Part shown: positions 34,801 to 48,920 of the stretch, piece after piece
Position numbering within the stretch: position 1 is the stretch's first letter
Layout: the number at the start of each line of letters is the position of its first letter
Source of the DNA: the human T2T-CHM13v2.0 reference genome, Homo sapiens
NCBI RefSeq assembly: GCF_009914755.1
Contig: NC_060947.1
Reading direction: 5' to 3' (one strand)
Length of the DNA: 64,000 nt
Position numbers and translations under genes: made by a program
The notes under the pieces: generated by a model
Database searches by the model: none
What the model was told of the DNA's origin: nothing
The model's input: the letters and a program-made list of their open reading frames with translations, nothing else

Positions 34801-36182
34801 TCTTTTGATTTAATCTGTTCTTTACTTGAATAGTCAGTTTGAATCCCCTTCTACTAGAAGGGGTAGTATATTTAATAAAAATATTGTTAATATGCCTAAA
34901 ATTCTACCTTCAGAGTCTGTATAGACCTTTAACTAGATATAAACCCAAGGGTTGACCTTAGAATTCTGTTTTTAGTTCACTCTATAAAACCTTAACTGCA
35001 GTGTTCTTTGGACCTTTTACTGTCATCTAAATAAAATTTTGCTAGTCGTTTTCCCAACTATTATGTCTATTTTATAGGTGAAAGGCAATTGTAGCTTTCA
35101 AGGAAGACAAAGTTCTTCAAGGAAGACATGCTGTCCTTATGTTGCAAATTTGACTGTTTAAAATTCTCTCAACAAAGTTTTATAATTTATCCAAAAAAGT
35201 CTTGCATGTCTTGCTATTATAAACCGTATATTTTTCTGAAATTTTATATTGCAACTGATCTGATATACAGATGTGTACTTTTTGGATACTGATCATTCTG
35301 CAATTTTGCAAATTCCCCCCATCTTTCTCAGGAGCATTCAGTGAAAGTATATTTGGAAGAACTTGCAAGAGGGCACAATATTCCTTGTGTCTGTGGCTCT
35401 CAAGAGTTCTATACCATCATGGTAGGCCACACTAGGCCCTTATCAGCTTGTTAAAAGTGTTGACTGAAGTCTACTCATCCAGTGTGTCCTCCCATGCTCT
35501 GCCCTGCGGTGGGGGAGTCATCATTCTTGTTTTGAAAATTCTTACAGGTGCTTTTCTTTCCTTAGATTTCGGGCTAGCAAGTATCTCTGAAAACTAAGCT
35601 TTCTGATTAGTTCAAGAAAAGTTACGATTTTTAGCTCTTTCTTTCTGTTTGTGTGGGAGTAGTGCTCTTTCCAGTTTTTCAATCTTATGCAGAAGCCAGA
35701 ATTCATATAAGTTCTTTAAGTCTGCTAAATGAATTTTAGAGTCAGTCAATTACATAAAAATCATTTTTATTTAGTAAAGGAAATCTATCTGTCATATATC
35801 TAGGCACAACTCAAAACTGAACATTTGTGTTTAATTTATATTGCCCCCTTATCCTGGCTGATGAAAAATAGATGGTTGTAATTTAGAATACTGAACTATC
35901 TCTTTCTTCCAAACTCAAATACAACTTAAATCTTAATATATATGCAAATAAGACCTGGAAACCCGTACTTCTTCCAAAAACCTTTAAAATTATGGTACCC
36001 TCTGAAACTTTTATCAAACTCTAGGAATTAATATGCTGGGGGAGATAGCCCTGTTGATTTTTCACATTTACGTGTACCATGTATGGGAAGGACTAAAGTA
36101 TTCTATATACATATTTGGATATTTTTCTCTCTATTGCTGTTACACTGACCAGTTTGTCTAAGCAATGCCATTTTGCAACAAC

Positions 36183-36446
36183 ATGCATGCTGGGCTTAAT
36201 GCCTAGGTGATGGGTTGATGGGTGCAGCAAACCACCATGGCACACATTTTCCTATGTAACAAACCTGCACATCCTGCACATGTACCCCAGAACTAAAAAT
36301 AAAAACTAAAAGAAAAAAAGGAAAAAATAACCCAACTAGTAAATTAAAAAGACTGCTACTTTTAAATACATCTATGAATAGAGGATCTACTAATTTTACA
36401 TAATCGTAAAGAAAACGGACAAAGCTAACCATATACAATAAGGAAT
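36183..36446 (+). repeat. Local dispersed duplicate of 33768-34032 (L1 3' end plus its flank)
   Basis: About 95% identical by eye to 33768-34032. Flanked by direct repeat ttttgcaacaaca (36171-36183 and 36456-36468). Confidence 0.95.
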
Positions 36447-36511
36447 ATTTTATTTTTTTGCAACAACAGTACAAAATTCTACTTCACAATTGGGGCATTA
36501 TTTTATTGTTG

Positions 36512-36806
36512 GGTTTTTTCTTTTTATTGAGATGGGGTCTCACTCTGTCACCCAGGTTGAGTGCAGTGGTGTAAACACAGGTCACTGCAGCCTTAACTTC
36601 CTAGGCTCATATGATCATCCCACCTTAGCCTCCGAAGTAGCTGAGACTACACACCCATGCCACCATGCCTGGCTAATTTAAAAAGTGGGTTTTTCTTTTC
36701 AGAGATGGGGTCTTACTATGTTGCCCAGGGTGGTCTCAAACCCCTGGCCTCCTGCCTTGGCCTCCCAAAGTGCTGGGATTACAGGCATGAGCCACTCTGC
36801 CTAGCC
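36512..36806 (-). mobile_element. AluJ
   Basis: Diverged antisense Alu with J-type 'tcactgcagcctt' and 'ctatgttgcccagg'. Confidence 0.9.
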
Positions 36807-36977
36807 TGGTGTATTCTTGCATAGAGAAATTGCCTTGAAATACAAATTATTAACCATACAACCAAATTCATCATAACAGTGTAGTTTTCCTTCCATAGAT
36901 CTGATCCACTCTAGAAAATTGAACCAAGAGTCCTCTCATTCTCTGAAAATATTGAAACAATTGACTAATTAAATTTA

Positions 36978-37324
36978 TACAGTTTGAACAAACTTAATTT
37001 GAAAATGTGAAATCTGAAACACTCCAGAATCTGAAACTTTCTCAGTGCCAACATGATTCTCAAAGGAAATGGTCATTGGAGCATTTTGGATTTCAGATTT
37101 TTGGATTAGGGCTGCTCAACCAGTAAGTATAAGTATTAGGTCAGTGCAAAAGTAATTGTGGTTTTTGCCATTACTTTTGATGGCAAAAACAAAATAACAA
37201 AATTACCATTTTTGCCATTACTTTTGCATGGACCTAATAAATGTACATATTCCTAAATCCAAAAAATCCCAAATCCCAACACTTCTGGTCCCAAGCATTT
37301 CAGATAAGGGATACTCAACCCGTA
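36978..37324. mobile_element. Tigger4 (Zombi)-like DNA transposon
   Basis: Termini 'tacagtttgaacaaacttaatttgaaaat' and 'atttcagataagggatactcaacccgta'. Internal 'ctcaaaggaaatggtcattggagcattttggatttcagattttt'. Confidence 0.8.
37136..37237. mobile_element. MADE1 mariner MITE nested in Tigger4
   Basis: Inverted ends 'ttaggtcagtgcaaaagtaat' and 'attacttttgcatggacctaa' with TA target duplications. It is about 22 bp longer than the 80-bp consensus. Confidence 0.9.
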
Positions 37325-37546
37325 CTGATTAAAATAAAAACAGATCATGTTTAAATTGGAGCTAATCATATATTATGTGGTGACTGGTCTGACACACACA
37401 CATTCCAGAGTTTCTCTGATTATCTCAGTAAGTGAATCGTCAGTTTCTATGAAAACACTTCAGTTTCTTTATCTTTTTTCCATGGGGTTGGGACTTAGTT
37501 GCGAGGCATCATGCCCTCTCCTCCCTGCCATATCTAACTATATGTA

Positions 37547-37641
<95 letters not shown>
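37547..37641. repeat. Compound GATA tetranucleotide STR, (TATC)12 ATC (TATC)11
   Basis: Counted directly. Confidence 0.97.
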
Positions 37642-37644
<3 letters not shown>

Positions 37645-37901
37645 TTGAACAATTTTGGAGGAGCAATCCTCCTAGCCCAGTTAGGTCTCTGTGTTTGACA
37701 TTACCCATAGAAGGTTTAAAGATCTTACTCTCCACCTATAAGGGAAATTCCTAACATGAAAAGAGAAACATTTCATACACAAATTTTAAATTAACATTCT
37801 GTTCTTGAAGAGGCAATGTGTGTGAGTCTAACAATTGCTGAATGCAGTTTAAGGTCAGGAAAAGAGAAAGACTATGTTCAATTATGGAACTGTATTTTAA
37901 A

Positions 37902-38202
37902 ATTTTATTTTTATGTTTTTGAGACAAGGTCTCACTCTGTCGCCCAGTCTGGAGTGCAGTGGTGAAATCATGGCTCACTGCAGCCTCGATTTCCTGGGCT
38001 CAGGTGATCCTCTCACCTCAGCCTACTGAGTAGCTAAGACTACAGGTGTGCACTACCATGCCAGGTTAATTTTTGTATTTTTTGTGGAGACAGAGTCTCA
38101 CTGTTTTGCCCCAGCTGATCTCAAACTCCTGGGCTCAAGTGATCTGCCCACCTTGGCCTCACAAAGTGCTGGGATTACAGGCATGAGCCATTGCACCCAG
38201 CC
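37902..38202 (-). mobile_element. AluJ
   Basis: 'gagacaaggtctcactctgtcgcccag...tcatggctcactgcagcctcg...ctcctgggctcaagtgatc'. Confidence 0.92.
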
Positions 38203-39585
38203 AATATTGGAATTCTAGAAACATTAAGTCATACCCTGGCCTGTGTTTTTATTTTCATATTCTCTCTCTCATTCTTTAATCTCGTTCTCTCTGTCTATGT
38301 CTCTCAGGCCCAAGCTGTCCTTACTCCAAGTGCTACTTCAAATTATCTGTCTACATCTGCTACATTAAGCACCACTGCCCCAGAATAAGAGGTTAAGATC
38401 TATGAATAAAGTACTCCTTCGGAAGTCCTAGACTTCCTTAAATGACAGGAGAAGGACCACAGAGTCATGAGGCCACCTGGCCTTCAGGCCACTGGGAAAG
38501 AGCTTCTTAGAGAAACTGAATCCTAGTTTCCTCCCTCAGGCCTGAAGTAGACAGGGCTGGAGGAAGAGAGGGTGAAGCTGTGGAAGGGGAGGTAGGCTTT
38601 TTTGGGTAACAAAAAATAAAGCTCTACTCTGAGGAGAAAGGGGGTTGAGCACTGAAATATAGAACATCTCAGCACATGAAAGTAGAAGCAGCATGGGAGT
38701 GACTTATCCCCAATAGACGTGATTGGCTGGAACAAGTGCTTCTTGAGGAGGAAAGAAGAGTTTTCGGACTATATGAGTGACTTCACAGAGAGGGTTTTCA
38801 TTACAAAAAGTGGACCCTAAATATCCCAGCTCTAGGTCCTAGGGTTGGGACTAGAAGGATGGAAATGAAGTGGGCTTCTCTGTGGGGCTGACTGGTAAGT
38901 TTATTTTTATTATAGTAATAATATATTTATTATAGTGCATATTCATAAGAATAAATACCTTTTTTTGTAAAGTTGCTTAAATGCTTACTGTTTTTGCATA
39001 AGCAATACAGGTACATGGTAAAAATGCCGGAAACATCTTCATGCCTAACTATAGGGAAACGTGTACAGAGATTCTCTTCTTGTAGGGAGGAAATTGATAC
39101 TAGAACAGCTCTTTGTTGTTACAAATAGAAGTAATATATTCATAGTCTAAAAGAAGAAGGGAGAAGTGAAGAATTATCCCAAATTTTTATTATTTTCATT
39201 TGCAGATGAAAAAAACTGAATTATGTTTAAGTAAAATATGATCTCCAAAATCACAGGAGTAATTCGTGAGAGAACCGTATATTGATGAACATCAGATCCA
39301 CATTTCTAGCTCAGGCCTGTTTCCTAATCTACATGTTTCCTGGCCAATCGTGGGTTCTCAGAGGCACCTGACAATCAACATGTCCATAATGAAATCATCT
39401 TCCCTCTACCCTGAAATCGTGCACTCCTTTAGTGTTGCCTAACAAGGTGAAAGCCGCTGCTGTTTACTCATTTTACCCGAGCCAGAAATCTTTAACACTA
39501 TATATTTATTTGAGAGAATTACCCTAGCCACTGAACCTCAGGGGAGATTTTCCTGATATGTGCTAAACTGAGGCCACACCAAACC

Positions 39586-39806
39586 TTTTATTATTATTAT
39601 TATTTTACACTCAGGGTACATGTGCTTTTTTGTTACATGGGTATATTGCATACTGGTGAAGATTGGACTTCTAGTGTACCCAGTACCCAAATAGTGAACA
39701 TTGTCTCTCATAGGTAATTTTTCAACCCTCACTCCCCTCCCACTCTCCCACCTTTTGGAATCTTCAGTGTCTATTATTTCATCTTCATGATCATGTGTAC
39801 CCATTG
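39586..39806 (-). mobile_element. L1PB-type 3' end fragment
   Basis: 'gttacatgggtatattgcatactggtgaagattggacttctagtgtacccagtacccaaatagtgaacattgt'. Confidence 0.85.
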
Positions 39807-40061
39807 GCAAACTTTATTTTGAAGAACACTTTCTCAGTTTGATGTCACTGTTTTTTGTATTGCCATCTTCTCCAACACCCATTCTGTCTTGCTGCTTCTC
39901 AATGTTCAGTGCTTAGCACAGTTTCTGGCACACGGTTTTGGAAAAGAAAAAGACTGTATGGCAATTATGATTGGAATAATAAGGAAATATAAATATGAAC
40001 ATAATTTTTCAGTTTATGGAATAAAGGTGCAGTGAAAAAATACAACTAAAGGAAACGTGAT

Positions 40062-40990
<929 letters not shown>

Positions 40991-41349
40991 GGAACATGTA
41001 ATTTTTAATAGACAGAACATATCAATGACTTTATTCAATTCAATTAATGGACATACCAGTGAGATGTTGACACAGGTTCAAAGAAGAAATTGAAGAACAG
41101 GAATTTATGTAGTCAGTCAGAAATATTCTTAAATGCACTTGTTAATAGATGCAAAACTGGTTAATATCTTGAAAAGCAATAAATTGTATTATTAAGGATT
41201 ATCTTTTCTACATAATGTTAATTGCCTCTATAATTATTATAATTAATTATACCAGATAAAATTCATTTGTGTTGAAATATATAGGAATCATTTGTATTTC
41301 TCTCAGACCAGAATCATTTGCATTGTTATCAGTTTTCTGCAAGTTAACC

Positions 41350-42300
41350 TCTACCTGTACAGTGCTGTAAAAGAGTAGCCAAACAAAAATCAATCATTGT
41401 ATGCCCAGCACTACACTGATAAGAATATCCACATTTTGAATAATTTTTCATTAAAGTCTCAGCTTTGTGCTTATAAATAACCTCGAAAGATTCACAAAAT
41501 AACTTATTATGTTTTGCCCAGTTATTTACATAAGTGTAGCAGGAGTGCTTATTAATAATATAGAAATCTTTGAGTTTGTGTTTCAAATTCAGCTGCTAGC
41601 AATATTGAGCAACTCCTAATGCCCAATAATTAATTTCTGCCAGGAAGTTGTCCAACTGAATCTTGGAAAGGACTTTACAACTTCTTCTATTATTTACTCT
41701 TCTATCTCAAGGAGAGAAAATCAAACCCAAGAAATTAGCTTTACCATATTTCACCTGAAGCTCCTATAAATTCGAGGGGATTTCTCCTTTCTCAAGGTCC
41801 ACCAAATTTGCTGTGGTTTGTAGCATGCCAAGAAGTGAACTTTCTTACCACTTCTGTGGATGGCACTGGTTTGTAGTCATTGGTTTGCATGTAAAGTCTA
41901 TCTCTGCTCCTTAGTGGCCTTGACATAAATGATTAAGTGACACTTTAGGCATTGCCCTGGTTGCACAATTGATTTTTCCAACTATATCCTGGTTAAAAGG
42001 AGAACAAATTCTTATTTAATCCATATAAAAAGCTATGCTGCCATGAATAGCAAGAAAACTCAGTTATAAATAATTGTTTCTGAATTCTAATAGTTCAGTG
42101 AGAAGCAGATGCCATTTTAAAACGTTTTATTTCAATTTACAAAAGCACAGTCAAATAAATTGTGAGTTAGAGATAGACTGATAAAGAATATGAGGGACTT
42201 CTTCATATATGCATCAGAAAATAACAATTTTCTTAAAACAACATCAACATATTTCCAATAAATAGCCACAATTAACTTTCCCTCATTATTTCATTAATAG
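41350..42300 (-). mobile_element. MER4-group ERV1 internal sequence (resumes at ~47279-47318 and ~47685-47870)
   Basis: AT-rich sequence with MER4/34/57-int-like motifs such as 'caaggagagaaaatcaaa', 'ggagaacaaattcttatttaatcc' and 'aattgtttctgaattct'. Confidence 0.55.
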
Positions 42301-42349
42301 TGTCTTAGTCGTTTGTGTTACTATAACAGAATACCTGAGACTGGGCAAT

Positions 42350-42353
<4 letters not shown>

Positions 42354-42380
<27 letters not shown>

Positions 42381-43047
42381 TTTTAGTATTTATTGATCAT
42401 TCTTGAGTGTTTCTCGGAGAGGGGGATGTGGCAGGGTCATAGGATAATAGTGAAGAGAAGGTCAGCAGATAAACACGTGAACAAAGGTCTCTGGTTTTCC
42501 TAGGTAGAGGTCCCTGCAGCCTTCCGCAGTGTTTGTGTCCCTGGGTACTTGAGATTAGGGAGTGGTGATGACTCTTAACGAGCATGCTGCCTTCAAGTAT
42601 CTGTTTAACAAAGCACATCTTGCACCCTCCTTAATCCATTTAACCCTGAGTTGACACAGCACATGTTTCAGAGAGCACAGGGTTGGGGGTAAGGTTATAG
42701 ATTAACAGCATCCCAAGGCAGAAGAATTTTTCTTAGTACAGAACAAAATGGAGTCTCCTATGTCTCCTTCTTTCTACACAGACACAGTAACAATCTGATC
42801 GCTCTTTCTTTTCCCTACATTTCCCCCTTTTCTTTTCAACAAAACCGCCATCGTCATCATGGCCCGTTCTGGATGGTCGCTGTCTCTTCGGAGCTGTTGG
42901 GTACACCTGCGGAAAGGCTGTCACTTCACACTTGGAAGATTGTACAGCAGCCAGGCAGAGGCGCTCCTCACTTCCCAGATGGGGCGGCCGGGCAGAGGCG
43001 CTCCTCACTTCCCAGATGGGGTGGCCAGGCAGAGGCACTCCTCACTT
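42354..43047 (-). mobile_element. SVA_A, 5'-truncated (SINE-R plus ~2.5 VNTR units)
   Basis: SINE-R 'tttattgatcattcttg..tgtttctcggagaggggg', SVA_A-type segment 'ggtcgctgtctcttcggagctgttgggtacacctgc', VNTR 'gcagaggcgctcctcacttcccaga', and a (TAAA)n tail. TSD tgagactgggcaatttat at 42336-42353 and 43048-43065. Confidence 0.96.
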
Positions 43048-45864
43048 TGAGACTGGGCAATTTATAAAGAACATAAATTTATTTCTCACAGTTCTGGAGG
43101 CTGGATACTCCAAAATCAAGGTGCTAGCACCTGGTGAGGGTCTTCTTGCTACATCCTTATATGGCAGAAGGAGGAAGGGCAAGAGAGAACAAACTCCCAC
43201 TGTCAAGCCCTTTTTTATTGATATATAATAGTTGTACATATTTTGGGGTTACATTTGATATTTTGATACATGAATACAATATGTAATGATTAAATCAGGG
43301 TAATTGGGTTATCACCTCAAATATTTATCTTTCCTTTGTGTTGGGAACAGTACAGCTCTTCTGACTATTTTTAAACGTACAAGAAATTACTGTGAACTTT
43401 AGTCCCCCTTTTGTACTATCCAAAACTACAACTTATTCCCTCTAACTGGATATTTGTACCCATTAACCAACTTCTCTTCTCCACCCACTCTTCTCAGCCT
43501 CGGGTAATGACCATTCTACTCTCTACCTCAATGAGATCCACTTTTTTAGCTCTCACATATCTGTGAGAACATGTGAAAATTGCCTTTCTGTGCCTGACTT
43601 ATTTCACTTAGCATAATGTCCTCCAGTTCTGCCCATATTGCTGCAGAAACCCAGGATTTTATTTTTCTTATGGCTGAATACTATTTTGTTGTGTGTATAC
43701 ACTATATTTTCTTGATCCATTCATCCATTGATGGATATTTAGGTTGATTCCGTATCCTTGCTATTGTGAGTAATGCTGCAGTAAGCATGAGAGTGCAGAT
43801 ATCCCTTCGATATAATGATTTCCTTTCTTTTGGATATATACCCAGCAGTGGTATTTCTGGATCATATGGTAGATCCATTTTTCATTTTTTGAGGAACCTG
43901 CATACTGTTTTCTATAGTGGTTTTACTAATTCACATTCCTACCAATACTGCACAAGTATTCCCCTTTTTTCATGTCCTTGCCAGCATCTGTTATTTTTTG
44001 TCTTTTTGATAATAACCATTCCATCTTAAGTGAAATGATAGCTCATTGTGGTTTTGATTTGCATTTCTCCGATGATTAGTGATGTTAAGCATATTTTCAT
44101 ATACCTGCTGGACATTTGTATGTATTCCTTTGAGAAATGTATATTCAGATATTCTGCCCTTTTAAGATTGAATTATTTGGGTTTTTTGTTTGGTTTGGTA
44201 TTTTGCTATTGAGTTGTTTGAGTTCCTTATATATCCTGCATATTAATCTCTTGTCAAATGAATAATTTGCAAATCATTTTTCCCATTCTGTAGGTTGTCT
44301 CTTCACTTTGTTGATGGTTTTCCTTGCTGTGTAGCAACTTTTTAGTTTGATTTAACACCATTTGTCTATTTTTGCTTTTGTGGCCTGTGTATTTGAGGTC
44401 CCACACAAAAAATCTGTGCCCAGACTAATGTCCTAGAGTAATTCCCCAACATTTTCTTCTACTAGTTCCATAGTTTCAGGTCTTACATTTAAGTCTTTAA
44501 TCCGTTTTGAGTTGATTTTTTATGTGGTGAAAGATTGGGATCTAGTTTCAACTTCATATGGATATCCAGTTTTCCCAGCACCATTTATTTAAGAGAGTAT
44601 TCTTTCCTCAATATATGTTCTTGGAACTGTTTTAGAAAATGGGTTGGCTGTAAGTTCATAGATTTATTTCTGGGTTCGTTCCACTGGTCTATGTGTCTGT
44701 TTTTATGCCAGTACCATGCTTATTTGTTTACTATATCTTTGTAGTGTATTTGAAGTCAAGTAGTGTGATACCTCTAGCTTTGTTCTTTTTGCTCAGGATT
44801 GCTTTAGCTATTTGCAATCTTTGATTACATTGATTACTAGGGTTTTAATATTTTTAGCTATTGTAAATGGGATTGTTTTAATTGTTTCTTTTTTAGATCA
44901 ACTGCTGTTAGAGTACAGGAGTGCTACCGATTGTTTCATATTCATTGTGTATCCTACTATTTACTAGATTCATTTATCAGTCAGTTATAAGAGGATTTTG
45001 GTGAAGTCTTTAGGTTTTTCTAAATATAAGATCATGTCATCTGCAAATAAGGATAATTTGACTTCCTTCTTTCCAACTTGGGTGCCATTTCCTTCTTTTG
45101 CCTAATTGTTCTGGCTAGGACATCCAGAACTATGTTGAATAAATGATGAAAGTGGGAACCCTTGTCTTGTTTCAGATTTTAGTGGAAAGTCTTTCAATTA
45201 TTCCCAGTTCAGTATGATATTAGCTGTGGATTTGTCATATATGGCCTGTATTGTTTTGAGGCATGTTCCTTCTACACCCAGCTTGTTGAGACTTTTTAAC
45301 CCTTCATGAAGGGATGTTGAATTTGAATTTTATTGAATGCTTTTTCAGTATCTATTGAAATAACCATGTGGTTTTTGGCTTTGATTCTTTTGATGTGATG
45401 TATCACATTTATTTATTTGTGTTTGTTGAATCCTTCTAACATTCATGGGATTAATCCAAGTTGATCATGGTGAATGGTCTTTTAAATTTATTGTTGTTAA
45501 ATTTAGTTTGCTAGTTTTTGTTGAGGATTATTGCATCTATGTTTATCAGGAATATTGGCCTGTAGTTTTCCTTTTTTTTGGTGCCTGTCTGGTTTTGATA
45601 TGAGGGTAAGGCTGGCCTTGTAAAATGAGTTTGAAAGTATATTTTTCTGCAATGTTTTGGAATATTTTGAGCAGGATTGGTATTAGTTCTTAAATTTTTG
45701 GTAAAACTCAGCAGTGATTGCTTCAGGGGTGACTTTTTATTGCTGCTTCTATCTAGTTATTCATTATTGGTCTGTTAAGGTTTTCTGTTTCTTCATGTTT
45801 TAATATGGTAGGTTGTATATGTTCAGGAATTTATCCATTTCTTCTTGGTTTTCCAATTTGTTGG

Positions 45865-46222
45865 TGTATTAGTCCTTTCTCATGCTGCTATAAGGACATA
45901 TCCAAGACTGGGTAATTTATAAAGGAAAGAGGTTTAATTGACTCACAGTTCCACATGGCTGGGGAGGCCTCACAGTCATGGTGGAAGGCGAATGAAGAGC
46001 AAAGTCAAGTCTTACATGGTGGCAGGCAAGAGAGCATGTACAGGGGAATGCCCCTTTACCATCAAATCTCATGAGACTTATTCACTATGATGAGAACATC
46101 ATGAGAAAGACCCTCCCCCATGATTCAGTTACCTCCCACTGGGTTGCTCCTGTGACATGTGGGGATTATGGGAGCTACAATTCGAAATGAGATTTGGGTG
46201 GAGACACAGCCAAACCATATTA
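45865..46222 (-). mobile_element. THE1C-like solo LTR
   Basis: 'tgtattagtcc..tctcatgctgctataagg...gagatttgggtggagacacagccaaaccatat'. 5-bp TSD GTTGG at 45860-45864 and 46223-46227. Confidence 0.93.
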
Positions 46223-46586
46223 GTTGGTGTATATTTGTTCATAATAGTCTCTAATGATTCTTTGGGTTTCTGTGGTATCAGTTGTAATGTTTTTGTATTT
46301 GTCTCTGATTTTCTTTATTTGAGTCTCCTCTTTCTTCACCTAGCTAATGTTTTGTCAATTTTTTTATCCTCTTCAAAAAACCAACTTTTCATCTTATTGA
46401 TCTTTCATATTTTTTAGTCTCAATTTCATTTATATCTGTTCTGTTCTTTATTATTTATTTTTTTCTACGAATTTTGGGTTCAATTTGTTCTTGTCTAGTT
46501 GCTTGAACTGTTTCATTAGGTTGTTTATTTGAAGTCTTTCCACTTTTTTTGATGTAGGTGTTTGTTGCTTTAAACTTCCCACTTAG

Positions 46587-46920
<334 letters not shown>

Positions 46921-47318
46921 TCATATGTTTGACATGTTGTGATGAAATTTTTATTTGTTTGAAGAATTTTAAAAAGTTTCTTCTTAATTTTTTCCTCAAC
47001 CCATTTGTCATTCAGGAGCATGTTGTTTAATTTTCGTGTGTTTATATAGTTAGTTTCTGAAGTTCTTGAGTTCCAGTTTTATTCCATTGTGGTCAGAAAA
47101 GATACTTGATATTATTTCATTTTTAAAAATTTGTTGAGACTTGCTGATAAGGGCATTTAATCTCATCCACAAAGGAGAAGCCCTCATGGCTTAACCACCT
47201 CTTAAAAGCTCCATCTTTAAATACTATCACATTGGCAACATCTGAATTTTAAAGGGAACACATTCAAACCATAAGACATATTTATGTATTTAATTCGTGT
47301 TCTGGTGGATGTTAGGTC

Positions 47319-47684
47319 ATGACTCAATCAGTTTGGGCTGCTGCAATAAAATGTCATAAATTAGGTGGCTTATAAATGACAAATACTTATTCATCACAGT
47401 TCTGGAGGCTAGGAAGTTCAGGATCAATATGTCAGCAAAATCAGTGTCTGATGGGGATTCACTTCCTGATTCATAGACAGTCTCTTCTTACTGTGTCCTC
47501 ACATTATGGAAGTGGCAAGGCAGCTTTCTGAGGAGCTGTTTATAAGGATACTAATTGTATTCATGAGGTTTCTACCCTCATGGCATAATCACATTCCAAA
47601 GGACCCACCTCCTAGTACCCTCACTTTGGTGATTAGGTTTCAACATATAAATTTTGGGTAGACACAAATCTTCAGAACAAAGCA
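47319..47684 (-). mobile_element. MLT1A-like MaLR LTR
   Basis: 'gtttgggctgctgcaataaaatgtcataaattaggtggcttataaa...cacagttctggaggctaggaag...agacacaaatcttcagaacaaagca'. Confidence 0.82.
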
Positions 47685-47903
47685 GTTCAACAGTCTCCTT
47701 CCATGTAGCCATATGCTTCCAGTCAAAAGGTGATCCTGGCAAAAATACCAAGGCCAAAGGGTACAGTCTGAAAATTGCTTAAGTGATATCAGCTAGGAGT
47801 TTCTAACCAAGAATCTATTCTTTGAAGCATCAATACTTTATAGTAACTGCTAACATTCTTTCAAGATTTCTAAAATTTAATTTAATTTTTTAAATTGACA
47901 AAT

Positions 47904-48920
47904 ATTTCTTAGCTCTCTATTCTGTTCCGTTGGTGTATGTGTCTGTTCTTGTACCAGTACCATGCTGTTTTGGTTACTGTCATCTTGTAGTATAGTTTGA
48001 AGTTGGGTAGTGTGATGCCTCCAGCTTTGTTCTTTTTGCTTAGGTTTGTCTTGGCTATTTGGGCTATTTTTGGGTTCCATATGAATTTTAAAATACTTTT
48101 TTTTTCCTAATTCTGTGAAGACTGTCAACGGTAGCTTAATGGGAATTGCATTGAATCTATAAATTACTTTGGGCAGTATGGCCATTTTCACGATATTGAT
48201 TCTTCCTATCTGTGAGCATGGAATGTTTTTCCATTTGTTTGTGTCCTCTCTGATTTCTTTGAGCAGTTGTTTATAGTTCTCCTTGAAGAGGTTCTTCACT
48301 TCCCTTGTTAGCTGTATTCCTAGGTATTTTACTCTTTTTGTAGCAATTGTGAATGGGAGTTCATTCATGATTTGGCTCTCTGCTTGTCTATTGTTGGTGT
48401 ATAGGAATGCTAGCTATTTTTGCATATCGATTTTGTATCCCGGGACTTTGCTGAAGTTGCTTATCAGCCGAAGAAGCTTTTGGGCTGAGACCATGGGCTT
48501 CTCTAGATCATGTCATCTGCAAACAAAGATAATTTGACTTCCTCTCTTCTTACTTGAATGCCCTTTATTTCCTTCTCTTGCCTGATTTCCCCAGCCAGAA
48601 CTTCTAATACCATGTTGTATAGGAGTGGTGACAGAGGGCATCCTTGTCTTGTGCTGGTTTTCAAAGAGAATGTTTCCAGCTTTTGTCCTTTCAGTATGAT
48701 ATTGGCTTTAGGTTTGTCATATGTGGCTCTTATTATTTTGAGGTATGTTTCTTCAATACCTAGATTATTGAGAGTTTTTAACGTGAAGGGATGTTGAATT
48801 TTATCAAAAGCCTTTTCGCCATCTATTGAGATAATCATGTGGTTTTTGTCGTTGATTCTGTTTATGTGATGAATTACGTTTATTGATTTGCATATGTTGA
48901 ATCAGCCGTGCATCCCAGGG
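47904..48920 (-). mobile_element. L1PA (PA7-10-like) internal ORF2/RT fragment lacking both termini
   Basis: ORFs 48503-48838 (QGCPLSP...FADD) and 47877-48368 are L1 RT pieces. No 3'UTR or poly(A). Confidence 0.9.

Noticed and set aside
37347-37754. 135-aa ORF with YLSI repeats
   Set aside because: It is a translation of the TATC microsatellite.
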